This document shows, in pieces, positions 49,103 to 59,274 of a stretch of DNA of 64,000 nt. The position numbers and the translations under genes were made by a program. This DNA comes from Patescibacteria group bacterium (GTDB lineage Bacteria > Patescibacteriota > Patescibacteriia > JAXHNJ01). The notes below the pieces were generated by a model, which did no database searches, was not told the DNA's origin, and saw nothing but the letters and a program-made list of their open reading frames with translations. Location: contig JAXHNJ010000002.1 in the NCBI GenBank assembly GCA_034520665.1, forward strand, positions 480,660-544,659. Reading direction: 5' to 3'. How positions within the stretch are numbered: the stretch's first letter is position 1; each line of letters begins with the position of its first letter.

Positions 49103-50383
49103 TTATTTAACTAAACTTTTCAAAAACTTCATAGTTTTTTTGGAAGTGAGGAAATTCTTGAGGTACATTTTGTATTGAGGACTATCAAGCTGTTTAATAA
49201 TTTCCTGATTGTCTTGGTATTGTTTTTTAGCTTTTTTAACTTCTTCTTCCACTTCTTTATCACTAGCTTCAATATTTTCTTTTTGCGCAATGTGTTGCAT
49301 AACCAGAGCAGTTTTTATTCTCTGCTTGGCTTGTGGTCTTAATTCTTTTTTCAAGTCTTCTTGACTTTTTTTAATACTTTTTAAGTAATCATCAAATTTA
49401 AGTCCTTGCCGGGCGATATTTTGTTCCATTTCTTTAAGCATTTTATCCAGCTCTGAGTTGATTAATAATTCAGGTATCTCGGCAAATTTTGAATTTTTAA
49501 TAATATCTTTGAAAATTTTAGACTCAAACTTTCTTTCTTCTCGTAATTTTTTTTCTTTTTTTAGATTTTCTTCAATATTTTTTTGCAGTTGGGCAAAATT
49601 TTTAAATTTGCCTAAGGTCTTAGCAAATTCGTCATTTAATTCCGGTAATTCAATTTTATAAACTGCCAGCATTTTAACTTTAAACTCGGCTTCTTTGCCG
49701 GCTAGATCTTTTTTATGATAATCTTTGGGGAATTTTAGTTTAAACTCTTTGACTTTATTTTTAGTTAAGCCAATTAAGTTCTCTTCAAAACCAGGAATAA
49801 AACTGCCTTGGCCGATAACTAAAGGATGTTTTTTGGAAGAGCCGCCTTCAATCGGTACTTTATCGACAAAAACATCAAAGTTAACTTCGACTTTATCTCC
49901 TTTCTTAGCTGACCGGTCTACGGAGATTTCTTGGCCTCGCATTTGTTGGAGTTTTTTTAGAGCTTCATCAATTTCCTTTTTTTCTAGTTTTACTTCTTCT
50001 TTTTTTGCTTTTACGTTTTTGTAATCACCTAGAGTTATATCGGGCAAAAGAGCTACTTTAGCTTTATAAACCAAAGGGTTGCCCGGAGCTAGTTTTTCAA
50101 TTTCAATTTTTGGCTGACCTAAAGTTTTTAAATTATGATCAAGCACGGCTTTAGGAAAAGTTTTTTTAACAATATCTTCCACGGCTTCCTGATATATTTG
50201 GGCTTCACCGACTTGTTTTTTAACCAGGTCATAAGGAGCCTTGCCTGGCCTGAAACCGGATATTTTCATACCCTTAGACATACGGGCGGCCGCATTAGTT
50301 AAAAATGGTTTAAGTTCGTAATTTGAGACTTCAATGGTTAATTCAGCCTCTGATTGAGGTAATTTTTTAACATCAACTTTCAT
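49103..50383 (-). CDS. tig: trigger factor
   Basis: N-terminal ribosome-binding domain, FKBP-type PPIase domain (GFRPGKAP), C-terminal arm. Confidence 0.88.
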   Translation of the reverse strand: MKVDVKKLPQSEAELTIEVSNYELKPFLTNAAARMSKGMKISGFRPGKAPYDLVKKQVGEAQIYQEAVEDIVKKTFPKAVLDHNLKTLGQPKIEIEKLAPGNPLVYKAKVALLPDITLGDYKNVKAKKEEVKLEKKEIDEALKKLQQMRGQEISVDRSAKKGDKVEVNFDVFVDKVPIEGGSSKKHPLVIGQGSFIPGFEENLIGLTKNKVKEFKLKFPKDYHKKDLAGKEAEFKVKMLAVYKIELPELNDEFAKTLGKFKNFAQLQKNIEENLKKEKKLREERKFESKIFKDIIKNSKFAEIPELLINSELDKMLKEMEQNIARQGLKFDDYLKSIKKSQEDLKKELRPQAKQRIKTALVMQHIAQKENIEASDKEVEEEVKKAKKQYQDNQEIIKQLDSPQYKMYLKNFLTSKKTMKFLKSLVK

Positions 50384-50442
50384 AAAAATAATTTACTTTA
50401 ATTTTTAATAACGTTTTCTTATTTTAACTTATTTTTTGTTAT

Positions 50443-50475
50443 TTGACAAGAATTAATGATATGTTAAGGTTTTAA
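50443..50475 (+). promoter_or_regulatory. candidate promoter TTGACA ... TAAGGT for small RHH gene
   Basis: TTGACA at 50443-50448. AT-rich -10 region about 17 bp downstream. Confidence 0.4.
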
Positions 50476-50536
50476 AAGGCGCTCATTAATTAAAAGTTTT
50501 ATTTATAAGCTAAAATAAAACAAAAGGAGGTTCATC

Positions 50537-50725
50537 ATGTCCTTAGTGACGCTGAATATTCGTGTTCCCAGCGAACAGGCTGATAATGTTAAAGAGCTGA
50601 TTGAAGAACTAGAAAAAATCTGGTATCGTTCAGGTACTTTTGATGGACAAAAGGTAGCGGTTTTAATAAGAAGAATCAGAGAAGATAGCCAAAAAGACAA
50701 AATTTACATTATGTCTGATGAGTAA
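50537..50725 (+). CDS. small ribbon-helix-helix (CopG/Arc-like) DNA-binding protein (62 aa)
   Basis: AAAAGGAGGT SD 6 nt upstream. N-terminal beta-strand VTLNIRVPSE followed by two helices. Confidence 0.5.
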   Translation: MSLVTLNIRVPSEQADNVKELIEELEKIWYRSGTFDGQKVAVLIRRIREDSQKDKIYIMSDE

Positions 50726-50753
50726 ATGTCTGAGTAATTTTTTACAAAACAAA

Positions 50754-50783
50754 GGGAGCTTGCCCGGTCAAACTCCCTTTTTT
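50754..50783 (+). terminator. intrinsic terminator GGGAG...CTCCC plus T6
   Basis: AAAGGGAGCTTGCCCGGTCAAACTCCCTTTTTT. Confidence 0.7.
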
Positions 50784-50944
50784 ATTTTTAAAATTGGATC
50801 AGGAGATTATCTTTTTTATATCTTAAGAAAGAGTATTATTTAATCAATCTAATTTTTCAAAAATAAAGTAAGCGCAGACCCTTAGATCTGCGCTTCTCGC
50901 GGTTGAAATAAACTAAATTATCTAATCCTTAGTTTTTACAAATT

Positions 50945-52411
50945 TTAATCTTTTGGCCGATTATCAATAATTCTTTTTTCTTTGAGTTCTGATTCCATGC
51001 CAGTACGGTGAAGGATTTTTTTCATATCTTCTTTGATAATTTTCGGCGTTACCCCGACTTCATAACTGAATTTCTTTTTAAGTTGTTTTTCAAAAACTTC
51101 CCAATTATCTATTTTTTTCTTAGGACAAATATAAATAATCATTTCGTCAACTTCAAAAGGGTCATTATCTTTTTTCTTGATTTCCACCTGCCATTCGTCA
51201 ATCCCTTGATAACCGGATAAAAGCGGATAAATATTATTAAGGTTAATTAATTCTCCTTTAACTTTGGTTAGCTTAAACTCTTTCATCTGACTGGAACGCT
51301 GAATATCCGGAAAAATTTGCGGTACAGTCAAACCACAGTGTGGGCAAGGGTCATAGCTAATTCCCTTAACCATATCTCCAGTGCGATAGCGGGCTACTAT
51401 TGAACCGCGCCAGCCCAGTAAGGTTAAAACCAGTTCACCAGGTTGGCCTTCTTTGACTCTTTGACCGTCTTTGTCCACTACTTCAAAAAATTCCAAATCC
51501 GGATAGGTATGATAGCCAGTGGTTTCAGAGCACTGAATCCAGGCTGTTTTGCCCTCAGTCATAGCGTAAGTAGCGTATATCTGCGGCATTTTAGCCCCCA
51601 TTTTTTCTAAGAGTTCGCGAGTTTTGTCCCTTAAACCTTGACCAATTCTTTCACCGCCGGTAATGACATATTTAACCGAAGAAAAATCCCGATTTTGCTT
51701 AGTCGCTTCACGTAATATATGATAGCCATAACCCGGAATGTAAAGAATTAAGGAAGCTTTCATTTTTTCAATGGCATCAATAATTTTTTGAGTGCCTAGT
51801 ATTTTACCGCCACCAGTATGCAAGGACGTCATACCGAGTTTAGCTAAAGCGTAATGAGCGATCCAAAAAGCCAGATGTGGAGAAAAGGGGAAGGCGTTAA
51901 TAGCAATTTGATCTCGCGGCACTTTAATGACATTTAACATTCTTTCACCTGATTCTTTCATAATCTCCAAATCATAAGCTGAGTAAAGAAAAGGAGTGGC
52001 TAAAGCACTGCGACCAGTAGTAAAATGTATGTGAATCGGTTTATATTGCCACTCTAATTCTCTTTTTACGTCTTCACGTCTTATTTTTTTATAAATCATT
52101 TTCAGTATTTCAGACTTAGGAGCGTATTTTTTGATTAATTTTTCATCTGGTTGTAAAATAAAGTTTTTATAGCGGGCTGGATCGTTTTTTGACGGAGCCA
52201 AATCTTCCTTTGAAGAAAGAGGAATCTTTTGCAGATCTTCTGTATTTTTAATATCTGAAAATTTCAGATTATTTTTTTTAAAAAGATTACGGTAATAGGG
52301 GGAATAAGGCAGCTGGTGGCGCATAAAATATTCTACTTTTTTATCCTGCATTTTTTTTATTTCTTTTTTTGGCATGTGGGAAATTTTTTCCCAGTTTTCA
52401 TAGATTTTCAT
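50945..52411 (-). CDS. adenylate-forming enzyme of the PaaK / F390-synthetase / GH3-like superfamily (tentative)
   Basis: Size and degenerate HFTTGRSA P-loop-like motif. Followed by terminator hairpin 50871-50893. Confidence 0.5.
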   Translation of the reverse strand: MKIYENWEKISHMPKKEIKKMQDKKVEYFMRHQLPYSPYYRNLFKKNNLKFSDIKNTEDLQKIPLSSKEDLAPSKNDPARYKNFILQPDEKLIKKYAPKSEILKMIYKKIRREDVKRELEWQYKPIHIHFTTGRSALATPFLYSAYDLEIMKESGERMLNVIKVPRDQIAINAFPFSPHLAFWIAHYALAKLGMTSLHTGGGKILGTQKIIDAIEKMKASLILYIPGYGYHILREATKQNRDFSSVKYVITGGERIGQGLRDKTRELLEKMGAKMPQIYATYAMTEGKTAWIQCSETTGYHTYPDLEFFEVVDKDGQRVKEGQPGELVLTLLGWRGSIVARYRTGDMVKGISYDPCPHCGLTVPQIFPDIQRSSQMKEFKLTKVKGELINLNNIYPLLSGYQGIDEWQVEIKKKDNDPFEVDEMIIYICPKKKIDNWEVFEKQLKKKFSYEVGVTPKIIKEDMKKILHRTGMESELKEKRIIDNRPKD

Positions 52412-52432
52412 AGATTTTAAATTAATAGATTA

Positions 52433-53044
52433 TTAAAAAGAATAAGTTTTCTGACAGAGAGGAGAAATTTTTTGCATTACCTCATCAGTTAATTTATGAA
52501 AAGTTTTTTTATTAAGGTCTTGGCCGTAGTATTTTTTAAAGGTTATGGCTTCTCCGATATTTATAGTCACCTGATTATTGCTGGTCAGCATTTTTTTTAC
52601 TGAACGCATAAATGTTTTTTCCATGGGTCCCTTAATACCAATGGGTATAATAGGAATTTGGGCTTTTATAGCCATTCGCACACTACCGGTTTTTCCCCGA
52701 AGCAGATATTTTTTATAATTTCTTTTGCCTTCAATAAAATTACAGATAGTTTTACCTCTTTTTAAATATTTAACGGCAGTCTCAATACTTTGTAATTTAT
52801 TTTTTGGGTCAATTGGTAGAGTAGCTTTAGTCCACCAGTAATTCTTAGTTTTAGAAAGAAAGTAAATTAAATGTTTATTTATCATATAAAAACCAAAACA
52901 AACATAAAAACCATCTAAAAAATCAATATGATTGGAAGCAATTATATAAGGTCCCTTTTGAGGAATATTTTCTATACCATTAATAGAGTTAAATTTATTC
53001 CTAAAAATTGGTAAAAGCATTTTTCTAATTATCACATAAATCAT
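52433..53044 (-). CDS. lysophospholipid acyltransferase (PlsC family)
   Basis: IIASNHIDFLDG HX4D motif. Confidence 0.72.
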   Translation of the reverse strand: MIYVIIRKMLLPIFRNKFNSINGIENIPQKGPYIIASNHIDFLDGFYVCFGFYMINKHLIYFLSKTKNYWWTKATLPIDPKNKLQSIETAVKYLKRGKTICNFIEGKRNYKKYLLRGKTGSVRMAIKAQIPIIPIGIKGPMEKTFMRSVKKMLTSNNQVTINIGEAITFKKYYGQDLNKKTFHKLTDEVMQKISPLCQKTYSF

Positions 53045-53047
53045 ACA

Positions 53048-53689
53048 TTAATAAGGATAGCTTTTTCGGCAAAGTTTGCCAATAGCAAGCATTATTTTTT
53101 TAGTTAAATTATTAAGAGTATTTTTATCAATTTTTTTATCATAATACTTTGAAAAGTAGATTGCTTGGCCGATATGTATCTCTAGTTTTCTGCCGGGAAA
53201 AAGAAAATTTTTAATTAATTGAAAAACTTTTTTACCTTTGGGCATAATCAGACCAATAGGAATAACGGGTACCTTAGTTTTTAAAGCTAGTCTAACAGCC
53301 CCAGTTTTACCTTTTAAAAGTTTGTTAGGATTATAATTGCGTTTGGCTTCGGGAAAAATAACTAAAATTTTATTGTTACGCAAACACTTGATACAAGTAT
53401 TAATTATCTTTTTTTTATTATTTTTATCTATATAAAGCATCCCCAGATATTTATGACCAAACTGGCCGTAAGTTTTTTTCAATTCTTGTTTACTGATAGA
53501 ATAGATAAATCTTTTTGTATAGGAAACAATAACAGCATGCATAAAAATAGCGTCAAGAAAACTTTGATGATTGGAGACAATAATAAAAGCACCGCCTGAA
53601 GGTAAATTTTTTAAACCAGTAACTGTTTTTATTTTACCTTTTATTAAGTAAACAGCTATTTTAATAAACCAGGGAATTTTTTGAGACAT
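53048..53689 (-). CDS. plsC: 1-acyl-sn-glycerol-3-phosphate acyltransferase (PlsC family)
   Basis: [14 protein letters not shown]4D motif. PEAKR motif III-like FPEAKRN. Confidence 0.78.
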   Translation of the reverse strand: MSQKIPWFIKIAVYLIKGKIKTVTGLKNLPSGGAFIIVSNHQSFLDAIFMHAVIVSYTKRFIYSISKQELKKTYGQFGHKYLGMLYIDKNNKKKIINTCIKCLRNNKILVIFPEAKRNYNPNKLLKGKTGAVRLALKTKVPVIPIGLIMPKGKKVFQLIKNFLFPGRKLEIHIGQAIYFSKYYDKKIDKNTLNNLTKKIMLAIGKLCRKSYPY

Positions 53690-53771
53690 ATTTTTATTAT
53701 ATAGCAGCCAGAGCCTTAAGGCTCTGGCTGCATAAATATCTAATTTATTTATTATCTAATTCTAGCATTTT

Positions 53772-55745
53772 TTACATGAACAAGGGGGCTAAGACTAAGG
53801 AAACCACAGCCATCAGCTTAATAAGAATATTCATAGAAGGACCAGAAGTATCTTTGAAGGGGTCACCAACTGTATCACCGACTACAGCTGCTTTGTGAGC
53901 CCTTGAACCTTTACCGCCAAGGTGCCCTTCTTCAATGTATTTTTTAGCGTTATCCCAGGCACCGCCGCCATTAGACATCATCAGAGCCAGAAAAACACCG
54001 ACCAGAGTAGCTCCGGCCAAAAGACCGCCTAAAGCCTCTTTACCCAGTAATAATCCAATGACAATCGGACTGCTAATGGCAATTAAGCCAGGTACAATCA
54101 TTTCTTTTATAGAGCCTTTAACGGCAATAGCTACACATTTATCTGAATCAGCTTTAGCTTTGCCTTCCATCAAGCCGACAATTTCTTTAAACTGTCTTCG
54201 AACTTCCTTAACCATTTTAAAAGCCGTACGTCCAACAGCCGTCATAGTTAAAGAAGCAATTAGAAAGGGCAATATGCCACCAATAAATAAACCAGCCACT
54301 ACTTCGGCTTTGGTTAAATCAATAGAATCTAGATTAACAGCTGTAGTATAAGCTGAGAATAAAGCCAGAGCCGTTAAAGCAGCTGAGCCAATAGCAAAAC
54401 CTTTACCCATAGCAGCCGTGGTGTTACCGAGGGAATCAAGTTCATCAGTAATTTTTCTTGTCTCTTTGCCTAAGCCAGCCATTTCACTAATACCACCGGC
54501 GTTATCAGCAATTGGGCCGTAAGCATCAACCGACATAGTCACGCCAATAGTAGCCAGCATACTCACAGCTGACATAGCAATGCCATAGAGACCAGAGAGT
54601 TTAAAAGCGGCAAAAATAGCAATAGCGATGATTAAAACGGGCAGAGCCGTACTTTCCATAGCCACAGCTAAACCAGTAATAATATTAGTAGCCGCGCCAG
54701 TTTCTGATGATTTAGCAATTTTTCTAATTGGACTTGATGAAGTATAAAACTCGGTTAAAAGGCCGATAATAATACCGACACCAGTGCCCAAAACAACCGT
54801 CCAAAATACGCCCATAGGTAAGCCTAATTTACTAACTATAAAATAAGTAGAACCGAGTAGTAATATAGCGGCTACATAAAAAACATATCTAAGTACGGCC
54901 TGAGGATTAAGCTTACTAAAAAATTTAACTGAAAAGACACCGAGAATGGAGGCAATTAATCCGGCAAAAACAATCCATAAAGGCAGAGCCATATAGGCCG
55001 CTCGACTAACTGCGTAAGCGGCTCCGGTAGCACCGATGGCCACAGCGGCAATAACTGAGCCAACATAAGATTCAAATAAATCAGCTCCCATTCCAGCGAC
55101 ATCACCGACATTATCACCGACATTATCGGCAATGACGGCTGGATTACGGGGATCATCTTCAGGAATACCGGCTTCTAATTTACCGACTAAATCAGCGCCG
55201 ACATCAGCTGACTTGGTATAAATACCACCGCCGACACGGGCAAACAAAGCAATTGAAGAAGCACCCATAGCAAAGCCAGACAAAACCGTATGGTCAACAT
55301 CATGAAAAAAGTAATAAAAAACACCCAGACCAATTAAGCCCAAAGAAGCAATCGAAAGCCCCATAACTGAACCGCCGATAAATGCTATATTCAAAGCTTG
55401 AGCTCGGCCCTGTTTATTGGCCGCATTAGCGGTTCTGACATTAGCGTGGGTAGCGGCTGACATACCAAAATAGCCGGCTAACATAGAAGAAAGCCCGCCA
55501 ACCAGGTAAGCCATAGCTGAATTAAAACTAATTTGCCAGGCTAACAAGGCAAAAACAACTACGATAAAGATAATAATTACCTTGTATTCTTTTTTTAGAA
55601 AGACCATAGCGCCGTTGTGGATTCTTTTTTCCAGATCTTGCATCTGATCAGAGCCTGGATCTTTTTTCTTGACGCTAAAGTAAAGACCAATAGCCGTGAT
55701 AAAACCGACTAAGCCTAAGATGAGAGAATAAATACCTACATTCAT
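53772..55745 (-). CDS. hppA: membrane-bound proton-translocating pyrophosphatase
   Basis: [17 protein letters not shown] and [20 protein letters not shown] signatures. Sixteen TM helices. Confidence 0.9.
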   Translation of the reverse strand: MNVGIYSLILGLVGFITAIGLYFSVKKKDPGSDQMQDLEKRIHNGAMVFLKKEYKVIIIFIVVVFALLAWQISFNSAMAYLVGGLSSMLAGYFGMSAATHANVRTANAANKQGRAQALNIAFIGGSVMGLSIASLGLIGLGVFYYFFHDVDHTVLSGFAMGASSIALFARVGGGIYTKSADVGADLVGKLEAGIPEDDPRNPAVIADNVGDNVGDVAGMGADLFESYVGSVIAAVAIGATGAAYAVSRAAYMALPLWIVFAGLIASILGVFSVKFFSKLNPQAVLRYVFYVAAILLLGSTYFIVSKLGLPMGVFWTVVLGTGVGIIIGLLTEFYTSSSPIRKIAKSSETGAATNIITGLAVAMESTALPVLIIAIAIFAAFKLSGLYGIAMSAVSMLATIGVTMSVDAYGPIADNAGGISEMAGLGKETRKITDELDSLGNTTAAMGKGFAIGSAALTALALFSAYTTAVNLDSIDLTKAEVVAGLFIGGILPFLIASLTMTAVGRTAFKMVKEVRRQFKEIVGLMEGKAKADSDKCVAIAVKGSIKEMIVPGLIAISSPIVIGLLLGKEALGGLLAGATLVGVFLALMMSNGGGAWDNAKKYIEEGHLGGKGSRAHKAAVVGDTVGDPFKDTSGPSMNILIKLMAVVSLVLAPLFM

Positions 55746-55779
55746 AGTTTTTAGTTAATTATTTATTAATTGATTAATT

Positions 55780-57369
55780 TTATTTTTCTTCTTTTTTCTT
55801 ACTTTCTTCAGATTTATTTTCTTCCTTATCTTTATCTTCTTTATCATTTTCTTTTTTTTCTGAATCCTTTTTTTCATCAGTATTATTTTCTTGAGATTCT
55901 ACTTTTTTATCTTCAGACTCTTTTTCTTCCTTGTCTTGGTCTTTCTTTTTAGCCTCTCCAGTTTTATCTGATTTTTTCTCTGTATTTTCTTTATTTTCTT
56001 CCTTATCTTTATCTTCTTTATCATTTTCTTTTTTTTCTGAATCCTTTTTTTCATCAGTATTATTTTCTTGAGATTCTTCTTTTCCGCCTTTGGCAAATTT
56101 TTCTTCCTTATCCTTATCTTCAACTTTTTCTTTGCTTTCGGAAACAATATCTATTTTCCATCCCGTCAGACGAGCAGCTAGACGAACATTCTGGCCGGCT
56201 TTGCCAATAGCTAAAGAAAGCTGATCTTCTTTAACTTCCGCCACGGTTGTTTTTTCTTCTTTATTTAAAGTTATTTTTAATATTTTAGCCGGCGAAAGAG
56301 CGTTGGCAATGTATTCTATTGGGTCATCTGAATATTCCACAATATCAATCTTTTCACCACCAAGCTCAGAAATAATAGTTTGCACCCGGGAACCTCTTTG
56401 TCCGACACAAGAACCAACTGGATCAATATTTTCCTGATTAGATTTAACAGAAATTTTACTTCTAGAGCCAGCTTCACGGCTGACTGACATTATTTCTACA
56501 GTACCACTGCTGATTTCCGGTACTTCCATAGTAAATAAACGTTTGACCATACCGGGGTGGGCCCGTGAAATGACTATTTCTGGTCCCTTGGTAGTTTGAT
56601 TAACAGAAACTACAAAGACTTTGATACGCATACCCGGGCGGTAATTTTCTCCGGGAATTTGCTCACTTGGGGGAATGATACCGGTAGTTTGGCCTAAGTC
56701 AACCAAGATAAGTCTTCTTTCTTGTCGTTGGACAATCCCGCTAATTATTTCGCCTTCCTTACCCTTAAATTCTTTGTAAAGGTTTTCTCTTTCAGCCTCT
56801 CTTAGGCGTTGAATAATAACTTGTTTAGCCGTTTGAGCGGCCATGCGGCCGTAAGAAGCTGGCGGAAACAATTCAGTTTTTATTTCGTCACCTTCCTTGA
56901 TCTCTTTTTTATCTTTTTTAGCTTCTGATAAAGTGATATGTTTTTTAGGATCAAATTTTTCGAAGTCGTCTTTTTCAGCTTCTTTATCCGACGGTGTTTT
57001 TTTACCCGCGGTAGATTTATCGGAAGCGGATTCTCCCTCCTCTTTTTTATTAGAAGTGGACTTTTCTTTATTCTTTTTATCAGTTTTTTCTTGATCAGTT
57101 TCGTTATTTTCAGCTTCTTTTTCTTTTTTCTCTTTCCAGGCCATAGTTTTTTCATACATTTCATCAGAGACTACTGTTTTAACGTCAAAAACCCGGGCTG
57201 AAGTTGTTTTTGGGTCAAAATCTACTTTTATATTTTGGTTTTTTTCACCAAAATCTTTGCGGTAAGCCACTGCTAAAGCAGCCTCGATGGTTTCTAAGAC
57301 TGACTCATAAGATATATTTTTTTCCTCGCAAATTTGTTTTATTGCTTGTTCTATCGGGTTTTTTGCCAT
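55780..57369 (-). CDS. nusA: transcription termination/antitermination factor NusA with long acidic/Lys-rich repetitive C-terminal tail
   Basis: N-terminal domain, S1 domain, two KH domains (IGKAGQNVRLAARLTGWKIDI). Confidence 0.9.
   Translation of the reverse strand: MAKNPIEQAIKQICEEKNISYESVLETIEAALAVAYRKDFGEKNQNIKVDFDPKTTSARVFDVKTVVSDEMYEKTMAWKEKKEKEAENNETDQEKTDKKNKEKSTSNKKEEGESASDKSTAGKKTPSDKEAEKDDFEKFDPKKHITLSEAKKDKKEIKEGDEIKTELFPPASYGRMAAQTAKQVIIQRLREAERENLYKEFKGKEGEIISGIVQRQERRLILVDLGQTTGIIPPSEQIPGENYRPGMRIKVFVVSVNQTTKGPEIVISRAHPGMVKRLFTMEVPEISSGTVEIMSVSREAGSRSKISVKSNQENIDPVGSCVGQRGSRVQTIISELGGEKIDIVEYSDDPIEYIANALSPAKILKITLNKEEKTTVAEVKEDQLSLAIGKAGQNVRLAARLTGWKIDIVSESKEKVEDKDKEEKFAKGGKEESQENNTDEKKDSEKKENDKEDKDKEENKENTEKKSDKTGEAKKKDQDKEEKESEDKKVESQENNTDEKKDSEKKENDKEDKDKEENKSEESKKKEEK
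55816..56078. repeat. about 85-bp perfect direct repeat (2 copies, 178-bp period) inside nusA 3-prime region
   Basis: 55816-55900 is identical to 55994-56078. Encodes duplicated peptide ESQENNTDEKKDSEKKENDKEDKDKEENK. Confidence 0.85.
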
Positions 57370-57459
57370 TTTTATAAAAATTTAATTTTTTAAAAAAAAT
57401 AGACTAGTTATAACACTAGTCTTATGTCAAGAGTATAATAAAAATAAAAATAATGCAAG

Positions 57460-57822
57460 TTAAATTTCTTTAAGATGATTTATTTTAGCTTTATTTTTTT
57501 TATTATTAAGCGTAATAGCCAGGACTTCCACTCGCCATTTTTTATCGTTTAAGTTATTTTCTATGATGTATTTTTCAATAGTATTTTTAAAATTTTCCAA
57601 CTTTTTATCATTAATTGATTCTTCAGGCCGACCAAAAGAATAATTAGTTCTGGTTTTTACTTCGACAAAGACATACCATTCATCTTTTTGGCAGATAATA
57701 TCAATTTCTCCATGGCGGCTGTGATAATTTGTTTCTATTATTTGATAATTATTTTTTTCCAAATAATTTTTTGCCAACTTCTCTCCTTTTTCTCCAATTT
57801 CTTTTTGATAATTTTTTTTCAT
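57460..57822 (-). CDS. YraN/UPF0102 family predicted endonuclease
   Basis: GEIDIICQKDEWYVFVEVKTR PD-(D/E)xK-like core. Typical neighbour of rnhB. Confidence 0.72.
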   Translation of the reverse strand: MKKNYQKEIGEKGEKLAKNYLEKNNYQIIETNYHSRHGEIDIICQKDEWYVFVEVKTRTNYSFGRPEESINDKKLENFKNTIEKYIIENNLNDKKWRVEVLAITLNNKKNKAKINHLKEI

Positions 57823-57865
57823 AAAAAAAGACTTAAATTATAAAAAAATTAAGCCACCATTTTTT

Positions 57866-58432
57866 TTAAGCTGTTTTAGTCATAATCAAACCCCAGTGAT
57901 AAGGCCCAGCCTTAAAATCTTCCATCGGCGCTAAATTAACTTCTGAAGCCAGCTGAATAACTTGGGGTTTTTCAATTATTTCTTTTTTCTGAGGTCCAAA
58001 CATAAGCTTGCTTGAGGAAGACCACTCAACAATTAAAATGCGCCCTTCTTTTTTTATCATACGGGTGCATTCTTTTAGTATTTCTTTTTGTTTTTCTGAC
58101 TGATGAAGCACATTAACTAAAATACCTCGATCCAATGATTCGTCTTTAATTTTTTTGGTAGCTCCGTAGATTTCTAGATCAGACCAAATACAGCGGACAA
58201 AACTGCTATAGCCACGCATTTTTACGTTTCTCCAGACAGCTGATAAATTAGGCTTAAAAATATCAACAGCAAAGACCTGTCCTTGATCCCCAACCATTTC
58301 AGCGGTCTGAATAGTAAAATAACCCGAACCACCGCACCCAAAATCCCCCACTTTCATACCAGGTTTAACTTCTAGTTTCTCAAGCAGGGAAACGGGGTCT
58401 AAATAGCTTTTTCCTGAAGGCATTTTATCCAT
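57866..58432 (-). CDS. class I SAM-dependent methyltransferase
   Basis: VGDFGCGGSGYFT motif I. Confidence 0.75.
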   Translation of the reverse strand: MDKMPSGKSYLDPVSLLEKLEVKPGMKVGDFGCGGSGYFTIQTAEMVGDQGQVFAVDIFKPNLSAVWRNVKMRGYSSFVRCIWSDLEIYGATKKIKDESLDRGILVNVLHQSEKQKEILKECTRMIKKEGRILIVEWSSSSKLMFGPQKKEIIEKPQVIQLASEVNLAPMEDFKAGPYHWGLIMTKTA

Positions 58433-58444
58433 ATTTGTATTATA

Positions 58445-59053
58445 TCACTTATAGAAAATATTGAAAGGTTTAAATGATTTTCTGTGGATACTTGAAGGGC
58501 CATACTTTTTTAAAGCTTGTAGATGTTTTTTTGTGCCATAACCCATATTGTTTATAAAATCGTAATTATTATATTTTTGGTGATACCCGGTCATAATTCT
58601 GTCTCTTTCTACTTTTGCTAAAATTGAAGCAGCCGCAATAGAAAAAATCTTTTCGTCCCCTTTAATTATTGATTTATTTGGTATTTTAATATTTATTTTA
58701 AAATAATCAATTAAAAGAAAATCTGGTTTCTTTTTTAAAGATCTAACGGCTTTTATAATAACTTTTTCATTAGCTTTTTGAAGACCTAATTTATCTATTT
58801 GCCTAGCTGAAATTTTTTCTATGGAAAAAGCATAAGCTTTTTCGGTTATTTTTTTATAGAGCAATTCTCTTTGTTTTGCCGATAATTTTTTTGAATCGTT
58901 AATACCTTTAATTCTTACGCCTTTTTTAAAAATAACCGCGGCTGCCACTATTGGTCCGGCTAAGGGGCCTCGGCCGGCTTCATCTACTCCGGCGATATAT
59001 TTAAAACCTTTTTTAAAAAGTCTATTTTCTTGTTTTTGGTTTGGTTTGTTCAT
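58445..59053 (-). CDS. rnhB: ribonuclease HII
   Basis: GVDEAGRGPLAGPIVAAAV catalytic motif. Confidence 0.9.
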   Translation of the reverse strand: MNKPNQKQENRLFKKGFKYIAGVDEAGRGPLAGPIVAAAVIFKKGVRIKGINDSKKLSAKQRELLYKKITEKAYAFSIEKISARQIDKLGLQKANEKVIIKAVRSLKKKPDFLLIDYFKINIKIPNKSIIKGDEKIFSIAAASILAKVERDRIMTGYHQKYNNYDFINNMGYGTKKHLQALKKYGPSSIHRKSFKPFNIFYK

Positions 59054-59084
59054 TAATTTTATTATAACTTATATTTTAGGTAAA

Positions 59085-59274
59085 TAAAAAACGGGGCTCA
59101 CTCTGACGGATCAGAGGTATTGCCCCACGAAAGGTACTCCCTAGTTTTACTAGGGCGGATGAGCGAATCGGAAGATCATGGGTCCTCCATTTGGCTCGGG
59201 CGAGCGTCGCCAGAAAGTGCTTATCCGGCGACAAAGTACCCTAAAATATTAGCAAGGGGGTTATTATTTGTCAA
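59085..59274 (-). ncRNA. candidate small RNA (about 150 nt) with own promoter and intrinsic terminator
   Basis: Minus strand: TTGACA (RC of 59269-59274), 17 bp, TAATAT (RC of 59246-59251). About 55% GC body with at least five hairpins. Terminator GGGGC...[CTCTGA-TCCG-TCAGAG]...GCCCC plus T6 at 59125-59085. No ORF. Confidence 0.5.
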
